DNA of 64,000 bases, from assembly GCA_963793865.1 (NCBI GenBank), contig CAWCBP010000002.1:1-64000 (forward strand). Reading direction: 5' to 3'. A program made the translations under genes and the position numbers. The DNA is from an uncultured delta proteobacterium. Lineage in GTDB: Bacteria; Desulfobacterota; WTBG01. Below, in pieces: positions 59,618 through 64,000 of the stretch (positions are counted from its first letter, which is position 1; every line of letters begins with the position of its first letter). The notes under the pieces were generated by a model. That model worked only from the letters and a program-made list of their open reading frames with translations. It did not search any database and was not told where the DNA came from.

Positions 59618-60886
59618 TTACAGATCCTGAAATAAACTACCAGCCCTCCAGTCATCTTCACCTGTAGCATTATGGGACATCCCACCACTTACGCTGGAAG
59701 TACCCCCGCTTGCTGTATTAGCAAACCCACCGCTCACGCTGGCAGAAGTGCCGCTTGCTAAATTTAAATTACCCCCGCTTACACTGGCAGAATCCCCGCT
59801 TGCTGTATTATAAAACCCGCCGCTTACACTGGCAAAACTATAAGTAGCCGCATTCCCAGATCCCCCGCTCACGCTGGTAGACCCACCGCTCGCTGTATTT
59901 TCAGAACCACCACTTACACTTGCATACCATGCACTTGCTGTATTACTCAGCCCCCCACTCACACTGGCCCACTGACCGATTGATTCATTGGAATGCCCGC
60001 CACTCACACTGGCATTATTGCCACTTGCTGTATTACTTGCTCCACCGCTCACACTTGACCTATCGCCGCTTGCTGTATTAGCATTTCCTCCGCTCACGCA
60101 CGCATTCTGCCCAATAGTGTGGTCTGTAAGGTCCGGATCTCCTGCTGTGTTATAAACTCCTCCCAGTACCGCTGAATAGTGGCCAAATGCTTTATTTCCA
60201 TAATCTGCAGTGTCGCCACCGCCTCCGCCCACAAAGGAATAATCACCGCTGGCCACATTATACCTGCCACCGCTTACGCTGGAACTTTGGCTGCTTGCCG
60301 TATTATTGGCTCCACCGCTCACACTAGAAGCCTGACTGCTTGCTGTATTATTATTGCCACCGCTCACACTGGCATAAGGCCCTGAAACAGTGTTCCAACG
60401 GCCTGCTACCAGCCCGCCATAGGAAGCATAGTTATGGCGTGAGCCGACCACAATATTATGGGATCCGGTGCGATCATCAGTACCATCATTGCGAATCTCG
60501 TTATATCCTACAATCAGGTTACCCCGGCCATTGACTGTTCCGCTTGTATTCCCACTCCCACTAACAATCTGCACATTCACTCCGCTAAACCGTATCGTAT
60601 CCTGTCCTTCCACTATAATCCTGGTCACATTGGCCAGCAGCGCTTCAAGCTGTGCAATCCTTATTTCTAACTGTTCGGCTGTCTCACACGCTATCACGGG
60701 GCAGGGATCTAACAATGAACTTCTACCAAAATCTGATTTAAACACAAAGGCATCCGTTCCATCCTGGTCAGAATCGTTATCAAAATTGCCTTCACAATAG
60801 TCAACTGGTTGTGCCATGACAGGAGATACCGATAGTGAAAAAATAAAAACTGCTGTAACTGCTAAAACTACCGTTAGTCTTTTCAT
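59618..60886 (-). CDS. Secreted adhesin-like protein: dockerin/EF-hand-like module, coiled coil and 14-aa ASVSGG..NTASG repeats
   Basis: Many 42 bp tandem repeat units resembling YadA-head-like beta-roll repeats. Confidence 0.8.
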   Translation of the reverse strand: MKRLTVVLAVTAVFIFSLSVSPVMAQPVDYCEGNFDNDSDQDGTDAFVFKSDFGRSSLLDPCPVIACETAEQLEIRIAQLEALLANVTRIIVEGQDTIRFSGVNVQIVSGSGNTSGTVNGRGNLIVGYNEIRNDGTDDRTGSHNIVVGSRHNYASYGGLVAGRWNTVSGPYASVSGGNNNTASSQASSVSGGANNTASSQSSSVSGGRYNVASGDYSFVGGGGGDTADYGNKAFGHYSAVLGGVYNTAGDPDLTDHTIGQNACVSGGNANTASGDRSSVSGGASNTASGNNASVSGGHSNESIGQWASVSGGLSNTASAWYASVSGGSENTASGGSTSVSGGSGNAATYSFASVSGGFYNTASGDSASVSGGNLNLASGTSASVSGGFANTASGGTSSVSGGMSHNATGEDDWRAGSLFQDL

Positions 60887-61484
60887 AGTCTTACCCTCCT
60901 TCAAATAAAAAATCCCCACTTCATTCCATGACCACCACGGCCAAAGAAAAAGCGGGGTTCTTCTCATATGATGCCAGTACTCACCGTATTTCCCCCTCAC
61001 AGATACAATGTATTATAATTTAATCAGAAAAGGTTCATTTTTTCAAGGACAATAAAACAGCCCCCCAGCCTGCTAGTGGCCAAGGGGCTATTTTATGAAG
61101 GGTTTAATTAATGAGGATCAGGGGTGCCTACCGGAAGGTAGTGCGGAAGAATAAAGGCAGGAGCCGTTTTGGCCCCTGCCTTAGTTGACATGCTGGAAGA
61201 TATGGCTACTGTCAAGTCAGGTATTGTTCGGGACAGATTTGCTATAGAACTGCAGCAGTTGATTCTATTTAACCTTGTTCATTTGATCCTGGAGTTTTTC
61301 CTTCTCAACCTTTTCACCGGCAACCTGCCGTTGAGGTGCGAGTCAGGTTCTCACTCCAAACTTTGGCAATATGTAAGCCTGCAATAACAGCCAACCCCCG
61401 ACTATTAAAACCATAAATAAAAGTGCTTTCATTCCAAACACTCCTTTTTACCCATGCACACTGCATGCGTTTTTGGTTATATGA

Positions 61485-61512
61485 AAAGAGGGCTGAAATT
61501 AAGCCCTCTTCT
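61485..61512 (-). terminator. Terminator of hsp20 copy 2
   Basis: AAGAGGGCT-GAAATTA-AGCCCTCTT hairpin. Confidence 0.7.
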
Positions 61513-61535
61513 CCGTATTATGAACCACCAATAAC

Positions 61536-61976
61536 TTACTCAATTTTTATTTCGGTGGTTTTTGGCTCTTCTACCTTCGGAGTTGGAATTGTCAGTTCCA
61601 GCACTCCGTCTTTGTAGTTTGCGTGTATGTCTTTCTCAGTTACACCCTCCGGCACACAGAGTGTCCTCTCAAACGTGCCATAGGTTCTTTCAACTCTATG
61701 ATAATTATCTTTCTTCTCCTCGTTCTCGGACTTCCGCTCTCCTCTGAGTGTCAGGTATCCATTGTGCAGTTCAATGTGGATATCCTCTTTCTTCATCCCA
61801 GGTAAGTCTGCCCGCACCATAAACTTCCCATCCTTTTCCTCAATGTCGATTGCGGGTCGCCACATCGTATCGGGCATGTCGGTAAAGAACCCCGTGTCAA
61901 CCCATGTATCAATATCATCAAACCACTTCGTTAAACCCTCAAAAGGGCTTCTTTGTTTCCATAGTGTGATTGCCAT
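61536..61976 (-). CDS. Hsp20 small heat-shock protein (copy 2)
   Basis: Close paralogue of 1824-2270; AGGAGG RBS. Confidence 0.95.
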   Translation of the reverse strand: MAITLWKQRSPFEGLTKWFDDIDTWVDTGFFTDMPDTMWRPAIDIEEKDGKFMVRADLPGMKKEDIHIELHNGYLTLRGERKSENEEKKDNYHRVERTYGTFERTLCVPEGVTEKDIHANYKDGVLELTIPTPKVEEPKTTEIKIE

Positions 61977-62127
61977 AGTAAACACCTCCTTATATGACAT
62001 CAGTTTTTCTTAAGTTAACACAAGCATAACCATTAATTGAAGGCAGTCAATGTTTGTGAAGAACGGTTTTTGTGATGCGTCAATAATGCCTTCTTACCAT
62101 TAGTTTTGTTTTATGTGGTATCGGGAC

Positions 62128-62324
62128 ATAAAAACCCCTCAAAGGCGAAAGCAATGAGGGGATTTAAATTTGGTCCGCAAATGCCGTTTCGTTCTTTGGC
62201 TTCCAACTCTGATCTCAATCTCTTGCCCTACGAAGAGTTACAGTAACCAAAGGGCATTTTCACTATTGTGTTAGATCCGCCAAATTGACTTGTCAACGAA
62301 CACCGCAGACCGTTATGACTAAGT
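62128..62324 (-). ncRNA. 6S-like structured RNA (copy 2); core 62172-62311, terminator 62135-62161
   Basis: 5' GGUCUGCGGUGUUCGUU pairs with 3' AACGGCAUUUGCGGACC; UUUGGC/GCCAAA and UGCCCU/AGGGCA are conserved. Promoter TTGACA-N16-TATCTT at 62331-62358. Confidence 0.7.
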
Positions 62325-62708
62325 GGTTAAAAGATAACCATCATTACAGTTTTGTCAAGAGCGTGCCGCAAGTTTCAGAAAGGCTACTCAGGTAAGCAGA
62401 AAGATTCCCACACCCTGGGTTAACCCACTGAGCAGGTACAGCAGCAGCAGGTGGTATTCATTATGAACTTAAGGAGGTAGAATGAGGTTCAGGATGCTGA
62501 GGTAATAGACGGGGATCAGAAGTATCTACCAGAAGGAGAGGGGTAATAAAGGCAGGAGCTGTTTGACCCCTACCTTTCATTTTGCCCTTTCAAATGTGCT
62601 ATTGTCCGCCCCGGACGGTAAGATGCACAAGTAATTGAAAATCTTGCTGTGGTACTAAAAGTGTGGTAACGTTCAGATTATACACATAAAACAATCTTTA
62701 ATAAAGGA

Positions 62709-62918
62709 GTGAAAATGTTTGGCGGTGGAATCGGCATGATGGAACTAGCTGTAATACTAGTCATTGCTTTACTCATTTTTGGGCCAAGTAAGCTTCCAGA
62801 AATTGCTAAAGGGTTGGGAAAGGGAATAAGAAGTTTTAGAAATGCTGCCAGCGGACTTGATGAGGTTGATGTAACTCCAAAGGAAAATAAACAGGAGTTG
62901 GGAGATGTAAAAAAGTAG
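62709..62918 (+). CDS. tatA: Twin-arginine translocase TatA/E
   Basis: IG..EL.VIL.IALLIFGPSKLPEIAKGLGKGIRSFR. Confidence 0.92.
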   Translation: MKMFGGGIGMMELAVILVIALLIFGPSKLPEIAKGLGKGIRSFRNAASGLDEVDVTPKENKQELGDVKK

Positions 62919-63031
62919 CTCAATGATGGCATAGCAGCATACTCACTTACATCAAATCACCCATAATCTTACCAATAAAAAAACAGCCCCCCAGCCATTA
63001 CAGCTAAAGGGCTAGAGGAAAAATCCCTCCT

Positions 63032-63229
63032 CTATTGATAACCTTGCTTCTTCAGAGCATACCTTACACTCTCCTCTTCCCACCGAGGATACCCACACCC
63101 TATACATTCCCACCATTCAGTAACTATTATGTCGGGCATGTCTAAACCCATATTGGGGCTAATGGGTTTGTGATCGGTCTGAGCGTTACATTTGTTACAA
63201 TACAACTTCTTGTTTTCCTGCTGTGACAT
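63032..63229 (-). CDS. Small zinc-ribbon protein
   Basis: CNKC...CIGC; GGAGGG RBS. Confidence 0.6.
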   Translation of the reverse strand: MSQQENKKLYCNKCNAQTDHKPISPNMGLDMPDIIVTEWWECIGCGYPRWEEESVRYALKKQGYQ

Positions 63230-63388
63230 ATCTGCCCTCCATATCGTTCAATGCCCCTTCCTATAGCAGCATTACCGACACCTCCCTTTATATCAAATTG
63301 CCCACAATCTTACCAATAAAAAGTAGCCCCCCAGCCTAATAATGGCCAAGGGGCTATTTTGCAATGGGTCTACTTTACTGATGGTTTT

Positions 63389-63464
<76 letters not shown>

Positions 63465-63574
63465 GTTCTGTCATGTTTCTCGTGCTCCGGTCGTTCAGGA
63501 ACACACGAGATTTTGTAAGTGGCTTATATAGCCTCTTTACACTTTTTTGTCAACCCTTCATTTACTGCTAGGGG

Positions 63575-63735
63575 ACAGGGGTGAGGGTGCAGGGGACAGG
63601 GTCAAAAGAGAAGTTTACAGTTTGCGGTTGACAGTTGACGGTTACCAGGTGCCATCTTTCTTCGTGATCTTTATGTTTCTCTCTTCGTTCCCTTCGTGGT
63701 TCAAAGTGAGGGTGCAGGGGTCAGGGTTCAGGGTC
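63575..63735. repeat. Inverted copy of the CACGAAG / heptamer spacer module
   Basis: CTTCGTG arrays, GGTTCAAAG and (C/T)AGGG(G/T)T heptamers, reverse-complementary to the blocks in 43-54 kb. Confidence 0.6.
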
Positions 63736-64000
63736 AAAGAGAGGGTCCATAGCAGTCAGTCCATAGTCCACAGCTGAAACAGGTTCGTGGGTGCAAATTG
63801 GAGTAATGGAGTATCGGAGTATGGCGTAATGGTTACTGAAGGCTGCATGTGGAGGGACGTGCTTCGTCGCGTCCGATTGTGATTCACACGCGAGACGTTC
63901 GCGGCTGAAAGCCGCTCCTACCGGGTTTGGAATATTTGTGCTTTGAATTTTGAATTTGTTTGTTTGGGATTTAGGATTTTGGATTTAGAGTTTGTTTCTC

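Noticed and set aside
59650..60400. 42 bp tandem repeats as CRISPR or a DNA-level repeat element
   Set aside because: They are the coding repeats of an adhesin-like protein and vary at synonymous positions.

Overview
Accessory-rich window, probably from an anaerobic deltaproteobacterium-like genome (inferred from AOR, CCG/Fe-S proteins, TrpB2 and a likely selenoprotein). All family calls are by-eye motif recognition; no searches were run. (1) About 5.5-27 kb carries several tetrapyrrole-enzyme homologues with no photosynthesis genes in the window: a BciA-like 8-vinyl reductase, a ferredoxin-dependent bilin reductase/RCCR-like protein, a BchF-like vinyl hydratase, an exported ferrochelatase-like protein and a PCP_red/DUF2621-like mini-protein. 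With them are four signal-peptide flavodoxins, a CrtI-like oxidoreductase and a MarR-membrane Fe-S-AOR operon. This is my best candidate for an undescribed system (anaerobic chlorophyll/haem/bilin modification or catabolism). (2) Two diverged copies of a module made of a short 6S-like RNA followed by hsp20 lie at about 2 kb and 62 kb. (3) A lexA-polY/SRAP cassette has a GAAC-N4-GTTC box inside a consensus promoter. (4) 43-55 kb is an array of toxin-antitoxin cassettes, several with broken toxins, separated by 0.5-0.8 kb non-coding repeats and containing an IS3. (5) An 8 kb island at tRNA-Lys(CTT) with a 46 bp att duplication encodes DUF1566 proteins with DGR-like variable regions. Many single-base frameshifts in homopolymers suggest assembly errors, so pseudogene calls are tentative.
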